A stretch of 64,000 bases of DNA. Source: Castellaniella sp. (GTDB taxonomy: Bacteria; Pseudomonadota; Gammaproteobacteria; Burkholderiales; Burkholderiaceae_B). Below, piece by piece: positions 17,949 to 27,575 of the stretch. How positions within the stretch are numbered: the first letter of the stretch is position 1; every line of letters begins with the position of its first letter. Position numbers and translations under genes: made by a program. The notes beneath the pieces were generated by a model. That model worked only from the letters and a program-made list of their open reading frames with translations, made no database searches and had not been told where the DNA came from. The stretch is from the NCBI GenBank assembly GCA_041655275.1, contig JBBAFU010000011.1, positions 31,112 through 95,111 on the forward strand. The letters are read 5' to 3'.

Positions 17949-17970
17949 ATTGCTGAAAAACACAAGCCAT

Positions 17971-18783
17971 TCAGCCCTCATCCGCCGCCGACAGCTGCCC
18001 TCCCAGTGCTTCCGCCTGGGCCTGCAGCCAGGTGAGCGCCTCGCTGGCCGGCGCCGGCTCGCCCTTGACGCCCAGCTCGATATGGGGCCGCCCTTCCTCG
18101 CCCACACTGGGCAGGCTGAAGGCCTTCACACCCGGCCAGCGCCGTTCGATCTCTTCCAGCGCAGGTGTGATGCGCGACTCGGGCATGCGAAACACCAGAA
18201 AGGAATGTTCGACATGATGCACCTGATGATGCAGTCGCGTATAACGCGTATCCAGCGTCCATTCCACCATGGGCCAGGCCATCACGGGAAAGCCCGGCAT
18301 GAAAGTATGGTCGCGGATGAAGAAGCCCGGAATCTTGTTGAAGGGGTTGGGCACAATCTCGGCTCCCTCGGGGAATACGCCCATCTGCAGCCGCTGGCGG
18401 TTCTCGGGCAGCGACATATCGGCACTGCCCTGCCCCTTGCGTGCCATATCGGCGCAGCGCTCGGCAATCAGGCGCCCGGCCTCCGGGTGCAGCACGAGCG
18501 GCACACCCAGCGCCTGGGCCGCCGCCTGGCGCGTCTGGTCATCGGGCGTGCCGCCGATACCGCCACAGGAAAAGACGATATCGCCACTGGCGAAACTGCG
18601 CGCCAGGCTGGCGGCGATGACGTCGCGGTCGTCGGGCAGGATCTCGGCACCCGCCAGATGCATGCCACGCTGGCCCAGCAGGGCGATGATGCGGGAGAAA
18701 TGCTTGTCTTCGCGGCGCCCGGACAGGATTTCGTCGCCGATGATGAAAAGCCGTATTGCGCGTTCCCGTTCAGCAGTGCTCAT
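17971..18783 (-). CDS. CinA-like molybdopterin-binding (MoCF_biosynth) domain protein
   Basis: An internal Met gives 270 aa (RLFIIGDEILSGRREDKHF ... FSCGGIGGTPDD). ATGA overlap with the upstream gene at 18780-18783. Confidence 0.8.
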   Translation of the reverse strand: MSTAERERAIRLFIIGDEILSGRREDKHFSRIIALLGQRGMHLAGAEILPDDRDVIAASLARSFASGDIVFSCGGIGGTPDDQTRQAAAQALGVPLVLHPEAGRLIAERCADMARKGQGSADMSLPENRQRLQMGVFPEGAEIVPNPFNKIPGFFIRDHTFMPGFPVMAWPMVEWTLDTRYTRLHHQVHHVEHSFLVFRMPESRITPALEEIERRWPGVKAFSLPSVGEEGRPHIELGVKGEPAPASEALTWLQAQAEALGGQLSAADEG

Positions 18784-19601
18784 GATGGGTCCTCGCCTTG
18801 TGCAATGGAAAGTTGGGAGCTGGCGTCTCGATCGCGATGCCGGCGCAGGGCTTCGAGGCTGAAATGAGCAAACACCAGAGCGGAAAACACCGGCAATATC
18901 AACCAGGCCGGCGGGAACAGATTCAGCAGCGACAGGCACAGGCCCAGCAACCAGTACTGGCCGTTGTGCCGGCGCCACAGCCAGCGGCGCTCGGCGCTGG
19001 TGGCGTGCTCGACCAGCGCGTCGACGCGCAGCATGCGGCTGAAGGCATAAGCCCACCAGAACAGCGGCAACAGCACTGCCAGGGGCGGCATCAGCCACAG
19101 CGGCATGGTGAGCACCCAGCCCGCAATGAAGACGGCGCCCACCAGCACGGCGTTCAGCACCCCCACGGTCACTGCGTGCTCGCCCCGGCGCTCCACGCCC
19201 ACGTATTCGCGCTTTTCCAGATGACGCAGCACAATCGGCATCACGAAGATTGCGGCAATGACGAGACCGAGCAGGCCTCCCATGGGCAGCAGCAGGCCAA
19301 TGGCCAGCAGGGGTACCAGATACAGCTTGAAGGAAAACAGGCCAAGGGTGACCAGCCACTGATCGAAAGCGTTGATCATGTCCCAGCGCCCCATCTGCCC
19401 CTGCAGCCATTCATTCAGGGGCGACCAGAAGAACCACAACAGTACAATGACGCTGATCAGCGCGATGATGAAGGGCAGGAACAGTGCTGCCAGCATCGCC
19501 GGATGCAGCAGGGAACGCAAGGCCCGGCGCAGGGCCAGCCCCAGTGACGCCAGGCCGCCCGCCGGCGGTGGCAAGGCTGCGGATTGGCCCGCTTGATTCA
19601 T
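18780..19601 (-). CDS. EI24/CysZ-like membrane protein
   Basis: The internal Met (MNQAGQSAALPPP...) gives 273 aa with several TM helices, resembling EI24-domain proteins. The upstream part of ORF 18780..19823 has no coding character. Confidence 0.65.
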   Translation of the reverse strand: MNQAGQSAALPPPAGGLASLGLALRRALRSLLHPAMLAALFLPFIIALISVIVLLWFFWSPLNEWLQGQMGRWDMINAFDQWLVTLGLFSFKLYLVPLLAIGLLLPMGGLLGLVIAAIFVMPIVLRHLEKREYVGVERRGEHAVTVGVLNAVLVGAVFIAGWVLTMPLWLMPPLAVLLPLFWWAYAFSRMLRVDALVEHATSAERRWLWRRHNGQYWLLGLCLSLLNLFPPAWLILPVFSALVFAHFSLEALRRHRDRDASSQLSIAQGEDPS

Positions 19602-19625
19602 CTGATATCCATTCCTTGAAACACC

Positions 19626-20045
19626 ATGCATGCCCATCATAGAACAAGCTCGCCAGACCCTGCAGCCGGCTGCGGCAATGTCGTCACGCCTGGACCGGAC
19701 CTGCGCGCCCGCCTGCAGGCTCACACGGGACTGATCGTGGTCTGCTATTGTGCCGCCTGGTGCGACACCTGTCGTGCCTACGAACCGGATTTCACGCGGC
19801 TGGCCGGACAATGGCCGCAACACTGTTTTCTATGGGTGGATATCGAGGATCATCCGGCACTGCTGGGCGATGACGATGTCGAGGATTTTCCGACGCTGCT
19901 GGTGCAATCGCCGCAGGGCAATCTTTTCTTCGGACCACTGCAGCCGCATATCGCCCACCTGGAGCGTCTCGTCAAAAGCCTGGAAGGCCGCTCGCAGACC
20001 ATCGATGGCGGCCCGCCGCCGCTGGCCGGCCTGCTGTCCGCCTAG
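19626..20045 (+). CDS. thioredoxin-fold protein (WCDTC motif)
   Basis: VVCYCAAWCDTCRAYEP ... FPTLLV is the thioredoxin-like pattern. The start may be downstream of 19626. Confidence 0.75.
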   Translation: MHAHHRTSSPDPAAGCGNVVTPGPDLRARLQAHTGLIVVCYCAAWCDTCRAYEPDFTRLAGQWPQHCFLWVDIEDHPALLGDDDVEDFPTLLVQSPQGNLFFGPLQPHIAHLERLVKSLEGRSQTIDGGPPPLAGLLSA

Positions 20046-20049
20046 CTCC

Positions 20050-21417
20050 CTAGCCGCCCAGCAACACACCCAGGCTGCGCCGGCGCCGGGCCTGGGCCGA
20101 CGCTTCGGCATCTTCCGTCTCGGCCTTCGAAGGCGCCGATGGCGGGGATGAGGGCACATAGGGCTTGTAGAAGAAATCATCCACCGGCTGGCGCGGTGGC
20201 GGCGCACCGCGCCCCGATCCGGCGCCGCGCTCGCGCCCGCGACGCACGGGTGCCGGCACGTCCAGCCGGCCGCGCGGAATGCGTCGCCCGATCAGCTTCT
20301 CGATCTCGAGCAGATAGCGCTCCTCGTCGCGCGTGAACAGGGCAATCGCCTCGCCTTCTGCGCCGGCGCGACCCGTGCGGCCTATGCGATGCACATAATC
20401 CTCGGGGCTGAACGGCAGATCGTAATTGATCACACAGGGCACGCCCGCCACATCCAGCCCGCGCGCGGCCACATCCGTGGCGACCAGCACCTCGAGCTCG
20501 CCGTCCTTGAACGCCTGCAGAGCCTTCATGCGATCGGCCTGGCTCTTGTCGCCATGAATGGACTCGGCCGTGACGCCGTCACGCAAAAGCTCGCGCGCCA
20601 GGCGCGACGTCCCGATCTTGGTGTTGGAAAACACGATCACCTGACGAAAACCGCGGGACTTCACCAGATGCACCACGGCGGCGCGCTTGCGATCCGCCGG
20701 CAACTCATAGGCGATCTGGCTGACCGTATCGGCCGTGACATTGCGCTGTGCAACCTCGATCTCGAGCGGGTTTTTCAGAAAGCTGCGCGCCAGCTTGCGG
20801 ATGTCATTGCTGAACGTGGCCGAAAACAGCAGGCTCTGGCGTTGCGCCGGCAGAAGACGCAGTATGCGATCGAGATCGGGCAGAAAGCCCATATCGAGCA
20901 TGCGATCGGCCTCGTCAAGCACGAGAATGCCCACCTGGCCGAGATTGACGTTCTTCTGCTCCACGTGATCGAGCAGGCGCCCGGGCGTGGCAATCAGGAT
21001 CTCGCAGCCACGGCGCAGGGCGTCACGCTGGGGGTTGATGTCCACTCCGCCGAACACTACCGCCGAGCGCAACGGCGTCAGACGGCTGTACAGGCGTACG
21101 CTTTCGGCAACCTGGTCGGCCAGCTCACGCGTGGGTGCAAGAATGAGTGCGCGTACGGGATGGCGCGCCGGTGATGCACTGGTGTTGGCCAGCGGCAGCA
21201 GGCGATGCAGGATGGGCAGGGTGAACGCGGCGGTCTTGCCTGTACCCGTCTGTGCGGCCCCCATGACATCGCGCCCATCCATGACTGCGGGCAGCGCCTG
21301 CGCCTGAATGGGTGTGGGAGTGATGTAGCCGGTTTCGGCAATGGCCCGCAGGATGTCGGGGTGCAGGCCAAAATCGGTGAAGCGGGGGCTGGTTTCTGTC
21401 TGAATGGTCTCTGTCAT
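20050..21417 (-). CDS. rhlE: DEAD-box ATP-dependent RNA helicase (RhlE-like)
   Basis: Q-motif, AQTGTGKT, DEAD (LVLDEADRMLDMGF), SAT, HRIGRTGRAG and a basic C-terminal tail. Confidence 0.92.
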   Translation of the reverse strand: MTETIQTETSPRFTDFGLHPDILRAIAETGYITPTPIQAQALPAVMDGRDVMGAAQTGTGKTAAFTLPILHRLLPLANTSASPARHPVRALILAPTRELADQVAESVRLYSRLTPLRSAVVFGGVDINPQRDALRRGCEILIATPGRLLDHVEQKNVNLGQVGILVLDEADRMLDMGFLPDLDRILRLLPAQRQSLLFSATFSNDIRKLARSFLKNPLEIEVAQRNVTADTVSQIAYELPADRKRAAVVHLVKSRGFRQVIVFSNTKIGTSRLARELLRDGVTAESIHGDKSQADRMKALQAFKDGELEVLVATDVAARGLDVAGVPCVINYDLPFSPEDYVHRIGRTGRAGAEGEAIALFTRDEERYLLEIEKLIGRRIPRGRLDVPAPVRRGRERGAGSGRGAPPPRQPVDDFFYKPYVPSSPPSAPSKAETEDAEASAQARRRRSLGVLLGG

Positions 21418-21597
21418 CTAAAAAGAGCGGGGCCCTGGTCACCAGAGTGCGTCGTGCCATACGCGTCCACACCGTGGTCCTGACCCGTGATCAAGATCCC
21501 AAGTGTAACCCAGCGTTCCCCGGCGACTGGTCACGATTTGCCTGCGCACAGGCAGATTGGCTGCCCGTGCATGCCAAACTGTCGCCCTCAAACAACA

Positions 21598-21939
21598 TCA
21601 CGCCACCATCCCCAGCAGCCCGTCGATGAGCCAGAATGCCACCATGCCGCCCAATATGACCGAGAGCGTGCTGCGCGTGCGCCAGAACATCAGGACGGCC
21701 GCGAGCGCCGCCAGGGCGCGCGGATTGAACACCACGGCACTGCCGCCTTCAAGTGGAAACAGCTCGGGCACGACAATGGCCGCCAGCGCCGCCACGGGTG
21801 CAAAGCGCAGCGCACTGCGCACGCTCTCCGACAGTGGAAAGCGATCGCCAAACAGCAGATAAGTGCAACGGGTGAGTATGCTGCATACCGTGAGCAGGAC
21901 AATGGCGCCCAGGAGATAAGTGTCAAATCCCGTCCCCAT
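21598..21939 (-). CDS. azlD: AzlD-family branched-chain amino acid export accessory protein
   Basis: Internal Met51 gives a 113-aa hydrophobic protein. ATGA overlap with azlC at 21939. Confidence 0.78.
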   Translation of the reverse strand: MGTGFDTYLLGAIVLLTVCSILTRCTYLLFGDRFPLSESVRSALRFAPVAALAAIVVPELFPLEGGSAVVFNPRALAALAAVLMFWRTRSTLSVILGGMVAFWLIDGLLGMVA

Positions 21940-22706
21940 CAGTGCGCTCCCGGGGACGAATTGCGGCGCCGCTCGACCATCTCGCCGAGCACGCCTGCGA
22001 GAACACCCGCGATCACCGCCGCGAGCAGGCCGAGGCGCAGCGGCAGGGCCTGCGCCAGCCAGGCCACCGCACTGGCAACGATGAGGCACATGACCATGGG
22101 CCGGGACTTGACCAGGGGGATGATGACCGCCAGCAGGGCAAGCACCGCGGCGTAGTCCAGCGACCAGCTCGCGGGGATGAGGCCGCCGGCATAGATGCCC
22201 AGCAGCGAGAATACGTTCCAGACCAGCCAGCCCGGCGCGGCAATGCCCAGATAATACCAGAGCTGCTGCACGGTGCCGATGCGGCGGCTGCCGGCAAAGC
22301 GCGCCATGAAGAGCACGAAGACGATATCACCCGTGAGCAGGCCCAGGACCAGACGGCGGCGCCAGGACAGGTGGCGGAAATAGGGGTGCAGGGCTGCGCC
22401 GAAGATCACGAACCGCATGTTGACGATGGTGCCGGCGGCAAAGATCAGCCACAGGGGTGCGTGGGCGGCAATCAGCGGCAACGCGGTGAGCTGGGCCGAA
22501 CCGGCATAGACCATGAGCGTCATCAGCGTGGCCATGCTTTCAGACAGTCCCGACTGCACCATGGCGATGCCGGTGACAAAGCCCCAGGTGGCAACGGCGA
22601 CGAGCGCTGCAGTGGCTTCGCGCAACCCGAAAAGGAAGGCGCGCCGCTGCGCGTGCGTAAGCCGCCCGGCCAACCCCCCGCTCCAGTTTGACTTGCGCGC
22701 TTGCAT
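21939..22706 (-). CDS. azlC: AzlC-family branched-chain amino acid exporter
   Basis: Internal Met58 gives a 255-aa polytopic protein (FLFGLREATAALVAVATWGFVTG...). Coupled to azlD. Confidence 0.8.
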   Translation of the reverse strand: MQARKSNWSGGLAGRLTHAQRRAFLFGLREATAALVAVATWGFVTGIAMVQSGLSESMATLMTLMVYAGSAQLTALPLIAAHAPLWLIFAAGTIVNMRFVIFGAALHPYFRHLSWRRRLVLGLLTGDIVFVLFMARFAGSRRIGTVQQLWYYLGIAAPGWLVWNVFSLLGIYAGGLIPASWSLDYAAVLALLAVIIPLVKSRPMVMCLIVASAVAWLAQALPLRLGLLAAVIAGVLAGVLGEMVERRRNSSPGAH

Positions 22707-22794
22707 TGCTTCCCGATCAGGCAAAATTCGGCTCTGAAGTGCTATTGTATGCGGGTCTGCCTTGCTACAATGGCGTCTTTTCCTGGAGAGCATC

Positions 22795-23724
22795 ATGTCA
22801 ATGTCGGATCGCGACGGTTTTATCTGGTATGACGGCAAACTGGTGCCGTGGAGAGAGGCCAATACCCACGTCCTCACACACTCGCTGCACTACGGCCTCG
22901 CGGTGTTCGAGGGGCTGCGCGCCTACCACACCGAGTTGGGCACTGCGATCTTCCGACTGCAGGATCACACGCAACGCCTGTTCAACTCGGCACATATCTA
23001 CCAGATACCCCTGCCCTACGATCAGGACACCATCAACGCCGCCCATATTGAAGCCGTGCGCAGCAACAAGCTGGAATCCTGCTACATCCGCCCCATCGCC
23101 TTCTACGGATCGGAAAAGATGGGTGTCTCGCCCAGGGGCGCTACGGTGCACGTCGCAATCGCCGCCTGGGCCTGGGGGGCCTATCTGGGTGAAGAGGCCC
23201 TGGAGCAAGGCATCCGCGTGAAAGTCTCTTCCTATGCGCGCCAGCACGTCAATGTCACCATGCCGCGCGCCAAGGTATCCAGCACCTACGCCAACTCCAT
23301 CATTGCCAATGCCGAAGCAGCCGACCACGGCTATGACGAAGCCATATTGCTCGATACCGACGGCTTCGTGGCCGAAGGGGCGGGTGAAAACCTGTTCGTC
23401 ATCAAGAACGGGGTAATCTACGAGCCGGAAATCGCGTCCGCCCTCACCGGCATCACGCGCTCCACCATTCACACGCTGGCCGCAGACCTGGGCATCAGCG
23501 TGGTCACGAAACGACTCACCCGTGATGACCTCTACATCGCCGACGAGGCCTTCTTCACCGGTACAGCCGCCGAGGTCACACCCATTCGCGAGGTCGATGG
23601 CCGGCGCATCGGCCCGGGCCGGCGCGGTCCCGTCACCGAAAGCCTGCAAAAGGCCTTCTTCGACGTGGTCAACGGCCGCAACGCCAGGTATCACCATTGG
23701 CTCACCCTGATTCCCGCTGCATGA
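22795..23724 (+). CDS. ilvE: branched-chain-amino-acid aminotransferase
   Basis: GGAGAG Shine-Dalgarno sequence then ATG at 22795. The sequence (FIWYDGKLVPWREANTHVLTHSLHYGLAVFEGLRAY ... FFTGTAAEVTPI) is class IV aminotransferase. Confidence 0.93.
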   Translation: MSMSDRDGFIWYDGKLVPWREANTHVLTHSLHYGLAVFEGLRAYHTELGTAIFRLQDHTQRLFNSAHIYQIPLPYDQDTINAAHIEAVRSNKLESCYIRPIAFYGSEKMGVSPRGATVHVAIAAWAWGAYLGEEALEQGIRVKVSSYARQHVNVTMPRAKVSSTYANSIIANAEAADHGYDEAILLDTDGFVAEGAGENLFVIKNGVIYEPEIASALTGITRSTIHTLAADLGISVVTKRLTRDDLYIADEAFFTGTAAEVTPIREVDGRRIGPGRRGPVTESLQKAFFDVVNGRNARYHHWLTLIPAA

Positions 23725-23753
23725 CCTCCCATTCCATGAACCAGGAAACCACC

Positions 23754-23966
23754 ATGAGCAGTGCACGTGATGTCAACGTCCCGCGCGACGAGACCATTCT
23801 CATTGAAGCCAGCGACATCCCGCTGTTCTGTCCCGGCCCCAAGGCGCCGCTGTGGAGCATGCACCCCCGGGTCTACATCGAAATCGTACGCGACGGCAAG
23901 GCCATCTGCCCGTACTGCAGCGCCCGCTATGCGCTCAAGCCGGGCGAAGTCATACGCGGACATTAG
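23754..23966 (+). CDS. zinc-finger (zf-CHCC, NDUFS6-like) small protein
   Basis: 70 aa from the ATG at 23754, preceded by AGGAAA. LFCPGP ... HPRVY ... ICPYCSARY. Alternative starts at 23721 (ATGA-coupled to ilvE) and 23736. Confidence 0.75.
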   Translation: MSSARDVNVPRDETILIEASDIPLFCPGPKAPLWSMHPRVYIEIVRDGKAICPYCSARYALKPGEVIRGH

Positions 23967-23997
23967 AGGGAAGCTCTGAACAAGCCACCGCGCCGCC

Positions 23998-25086
23998 GTG
24001 AGTGCCAGGCTAGACACTACGCCCTGCCCCGCCGCCTGGTGGCTTCCCGGCGGGCATGCGCAGACCATCTACGCGGCCATGTTCGCACCCCGGCCATGGC
24101 TGGCATTCGTGCGCGAAAGAATCAGCCTGCCGGACGGAGATTTCCTGGATCTTGACTGGACCGCCCCCGGCCTGCATCCCGACCGGCCGGAAAATGACGG
24201 GCCCGCCACAACCGATGCCAGTCTGGCGCGCAGTGCCGCACGTCGCTGGATGCAGCCCCGGGACCACGCCGTCCTGGCGATGCACCGGCGCCCGGCGCTC
24301 ATGCTGCTGCATGGTCTGGAAGGCAGCAGCCGCAGCCACTACGCCCAGACCGTCGCCCATCATTTCCGCGCCCGCGGCTGGGCGGTCGTTGTGGCTCACT
24401 TCCGGGGCTGCTCGGGCTTTCCCAACCGCATGGCACGCGCCTATCACTCGGGCGACATGGACGATGTGGCCGCCATGCTCGATGCCGTACACACACGCGC
24501 ACCCGCGGCCGGCTGGCATGCCGCCGGTGTTTCCCTGGGCGGCAATGCCCTGCTGCGCCAGCTGGGCGAGCGACCCGAAGCCCAGCCCTGGCTGCGTGCC
24601 TGCGCCGCCGTCTCGGTCCCGCTCGATCTGGTGGCCAGCGGCCGGCAGCTATCCGAACACTGGTTGCAGCGCCAGATCTATACACGCCATTTCCTGCGCA
24701 GCATGAAGGCCAAGCTGAGCGAGAAGGCCGAACGGTTTCCGGCGAGCATCGATCGCACACGCCTTCTGCACACGCACAACCTTCGCGAGTTTGACGACGC
24801 CTACACCGCGCCCATGCATGGATTCGAGGATGCCATGGACTACTGGACGCGGGCTTCGAGCAAGCCTCTGCTCGGCCGGCTGGCAATACCGAGTCTCATA
24901 CTCAACGCCCGCGATGACCCTTTCGTGCCTTCAAACAGCCTGCCCGGCCCCGGCCAGACGAGCCCGATCACAGTACTGCACCAGCCCGAAAAGGGTGGCC
25001 ACGCCGCTTTTGTCACAGGCCGGTTTCCCGGCCGGCTCGAGTGGCTGCCGCAGCGGCTGTACCGTTTCTTCACACAAGGCGACTGA
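23998..25086 (+). CDS. alpha/beta-fold hydrolase (YheT-like)
   Basis: WWLPGGHAQTIY ... LLHGLEGSS ... GVSLGGNAL ... DDPF is the YheT/ABHD-type pattern. Confidence 0.85.
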   Translation: MSARLDTTPCPAAWWLPGGHAQTIYAAMFAPRPWLAFVRERISLPDGDFLDLDWTAPGLHPDRPENDGPATTDASLARSAARRWMQPRDHAVLAMHRRPALMLLHGLEGSSRSHYAQTVAHHFRARGWAVVVAHFRGCSGFPNRMARAYHSGDMDDVAAMLDAVHTRAPAAGWHAAGVSLGGNALLRQLGERPEAQPWLRACAAVSVPLDLVASGRQLSEHWLQRQIYTRHFLRSMKAKLSEKAERFPASIDRTRLLHTHNLREFDDAYTAPMHGFEDAMDYWTRASSKPLLGRLAIPSLILNARDDPFVPSNSLPGPGQTSPITVLHQPEKGGHAAFVTGRFPGRLEWLPQRLYRFFTQGD

Positions 25087-25123
25087 AAACCGCCGCCGAT
25101 GATGGCGGCGCGCCTGTCCGGCC

Positions 25124-26653
25124 TCAGGAGCGGAAGCGTTCAAGCAGGGCGCGCTCGGCCGTCAAACGATCCCTGAGCGTGCGGATCTGCACATCCAGCT
25201 CCGACTGCAGGTAAAAGTCCCGAGTCAGGCTGCGGGCCTGGCGCAGTTGCTCGACTGCCGTCGGCAAGGCACCGATGGATTCGTAATACTGCGCCATGGC
25301 ACGACGCGCGGCAACCTTCTCGCCCAGCCGTTCATAGGCCTGGGCACGCAGCTGGTGCATTCGCGAGAACCCGGGCCACTGGGCAATGCAGGCTTCGGTG
25401 AAGGCGACCACCGCCTTGTCCTGACCATTGGCCTCGAAGGCATGGACGCGCGCCTGGGCCACACCCTGGGACTGCGGCCAGCGCCGCCAGGCCTGATCGG
25501 CCAGCTGCAGACCGGTTTTCACATCACCCGCATCCAGGGCAAGCAGGATAGCCAGCTCATCCAGCTGCGGTGCCGGTTGCCCCAGCGCCTGCGCGCGCGC
25601 GAGGTGCTCGCGCGCCTGCGCCCAGGCCTTCTGCTTCCAGTGATACCAGGCGTGACCATAATGGGCTGCCGCCTGCTCGACGCCCTTGCGCTCACGCGCA
25701 TCGCGCTCGAAGATCGCCACGGCCTGATCCTGGCCACGCTTGTCGCGCGTTTGCACCAGACGCATGCGGGCACGCAGGTACCAGAACTCCGGATTGTCGA
25801 CCCGGCGCCCCGCATCGCCGTCGCGAATCCGCCCTTCAATATCCGAGAGCCGTTGCAGCGACAGGGGATGGGTGCTCGTGTAGACATTGCCGCCGGTACC
25901 TTCATTCAGCCGGGCCGTGCTCGCCAGGCGCTGGAACATGCGCAGCATGCCGCGCGGATCATAACCGGCCCGCTGCAGCATCTCGTAGCCCACGCGATCG
26001 GCCTCCTGCTCTGCCTGACGCGAAAAACCCAGCTGGCGGTCGATGGCCGCCGCCTGCCCGAAAGCCGCGACGCCCATGGCCAGGTCACCGCTGCCGGCCA
26101 GCGCAGCGAGCAGGGCGCCCGCCATGCTGGCCAGCAGGATATGATTGCTTTGCGCGCTCTGCGTCATGCCACGCGCCACGTGGCGCTGCAACACGTGGCC
26201 GATCTCGTGTGCGACCACACCCGCCAGCTCGGCCTCGCTTTCCGCAGCCACAAACAGGCCGGTGTGGATGCCGATATAGCCGCCCGGCAGGGCGAAGGCA
26301 TTGATCTGGCTGTCCCTGAGCGCAAAGACGGAAACATGCTGGCCGGCACCGCCCGGCGCATGGGCTGCAAGCTCGCGCCCGAGGCCGGTCAGGTAGTGCG
26401 TGACATCAGGGTCCGACACAAAGGCCGGATCGCGCCGGCCCTGCTCCATGATGGCATCGCCAAGGCTGCGTTCGACCGCGGGCGACAGCTCGACGCCGGA
26501 CGCCGCCCCCATGCTGGGGATACCCGTAGGCTGGGCGGAAAGATGCAGGGGCGCCATGGCCGTGGCCAGGGCCATCAGGCCGGCCGACAACTGCCGGATC
26601 GTGCGCTTGGACAGGAAAGGGACGCAGGCACTCATGGACTGATGGACCGGCAA
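25124..26653 (-). CDS. M48-family periplasmic metalloprotease with TPR domain (BepA-like)
   Basis: Signal peptide, HEIGHVLQRH zinc motif and C-terminal TPR-like repeats. Confidence 0.88.
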   Translation of the reverse strand: MPVHQSMSACVPFLSKRTIRQLSAGLMALATAMAPLHLSAQPTGIPSMGAASGVELSPAVERSLGDAIMEQGRRDPAFVSDPDVTHYLTGLGRELAAHAPGGAGQHVSVFALRDSQINAFALPGGYIGIHTGLFVAAESEAELAGVVAHEIGHVLQRHVARGMTQSAQSNHILLASMAGALLAALAGSGDLAMGVAAFGQAAAIDRQLGFSRQAEQEADRVGYEMLQRAGYDPRGMLRMFQRLASTARLNEGTGGNVYTSTHPLSLQRLSDIEGRIRDGDAGRRVDNPEFWYLRARMRLVQTRDKRGQDQAVAIFERDARERKGVEQAAAHYGHAWYHWKQKAWAQAREHLARAQALGQPAPQLDELAILLALDAGDVKTGLQLADQAWRRWPQSQGVAQARVHAFEANGQDKAVVAFTEACIAQWPGFSRMHQLRAQAYERLGEKVAARRAMAQYYESIGALPTAVEQLRQARSLTRDFYLQSELDVQIRTLRDRLTAERALLERFRS

Positions 26654-26666
26654 GATGCCGCAAAGT

Positions 26667-27548
26667 TCAGGAAAGCGGGCTGGCCGCCGTGCCGGCCTTG
26701 TGCGAGGCGCCCGGCCGGCGCCGCTCGGGCAGGCGACCTCGCGCTGACAGACGCATGAGCGTGGCCAGGGCGAACAGCAGACCGAATACTTCGATAAAAC
26801 CCGCCAGAACCCACATCGTCAACCCGCCGATCGCCTGGTCGGTCACGGCCGACAGGCCCGGAATGGCCCGACCGCACAGATCGAAGACCGGATACAGATC
26901 ATATTCCGTAAAAGTGATGACGGCACCGGCAATCATCTGCGGTATCGTGGTCAGGATGGGAGAGAGCACGCGCCCTCCCGGCGACATCGCGGCCGGCGGG
27001 CGCGGACGCCGGTCCAGGATCAGGTTCCAGTACATGAAGCCGCTGATCACCACCGACCAGTTCATCAGCCGGTACAGACGCCAGTCGAGCATGGAATAGA
27101 ACTGAACAACCGGAATCAGGAAGCCCAGTACCAGCACCACGAACAGCACAGGCACCAGCACCCTGTGGGTAAGCAAGCCGACCAGCATGCGCCCCGCGCG
27201 CCGCTGCAGGAGGTCGCGCAGCCGGCGCCGTTGCGGCAGGCCCAGCCCGGCACGCATCACCTGACCCGGATATGCCCCCATGACAAGCAGCGGCCCCAGG
27301 TGATGCAACACCAGATGCTGGATGCGATGGGCAAAGAACAGGCGTTCAGCGTAATAGTCGATGCGTGTGTGCAGGGACAGGTAAAGCATCACCATGCCAA
27401 CCCAGAACAGCCACTGGCGAAAGCGGCCCACACGGTGCACGCGCGTACCGCGCACGAACAACGCACCGCCAAGCACGAAAGCGAGCACCAGCGTCGGGGA
27501 AAACTCCCAGGGCGTCAGCCAGTCCAGAACGAGTTCAAAATCAGACAT
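26667..27548 (-). CDS. cytochrome c oxidase assembly factor CtaG-like (Caa3_CtaG family) membrane protein
   Basis: 293-aa polytopic protein. The N-terminus (LDWLTPWEFSPTLVLAFVLGGALFVRG) and HRIQHLVLHH are typical of the family. Confidence 0.7.
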   Translation of the reverse strand: MSDFELVLDWLTPWEFSPTLVLAFVLGGALFVRGTRVHRVGRFRQWLFWVGMVMLYLSLHTRIDYYAERLFFAHRIQHLVLHHLGPLLVMGAYPGQVMRAGLGLPQRRRLRDLLQRRAGRMLVGLLTHRVLVPVLFVVLVLGFLIPVVQFYSMLDWRLYRLMNWSVVISGFMYWNLILDRRPRPPAAMSPGGRVLSPILTTIPQMIAGAVITFTEYDLYPVFDLCGRAIPGLSAVTDQAIGGLTMWVLAGFIEVFGLLFALATLMRLSARGRLPERRRPGASHKAGTAASPLS

Positions 27549-27575
27549 CGGCGATTTGCATTGTCACAGCCCCGG

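Noticed and set aside
17971-19410. N-terminal extensions of track ORFs. Examples: 17971..19410 (479 aa), 41362..43200 (612 aa), 12981..14417, 53609..54913, 52863..53801, 21598..22089 and 43627..45618.
   Set aside because: The homologous part begins at an internal Met that is ATGA/TGATG-coupled to the upstream gene or preceded by a Shine-Dalgarno sequence. The upstream extension overlaps the neighbouring real gene in another frame and has non-protein-like composition.
21539-21554. Hairpin TGCCTG-cgca-CAGGCA downstream of azlD, in the long rhlE leader, considered as a terminator or riboswitch element.
   Set aside because: It has a 6-bp stem only, no adjacent U-tract on either strand, and no further conserved-looking structure that I could recognise.
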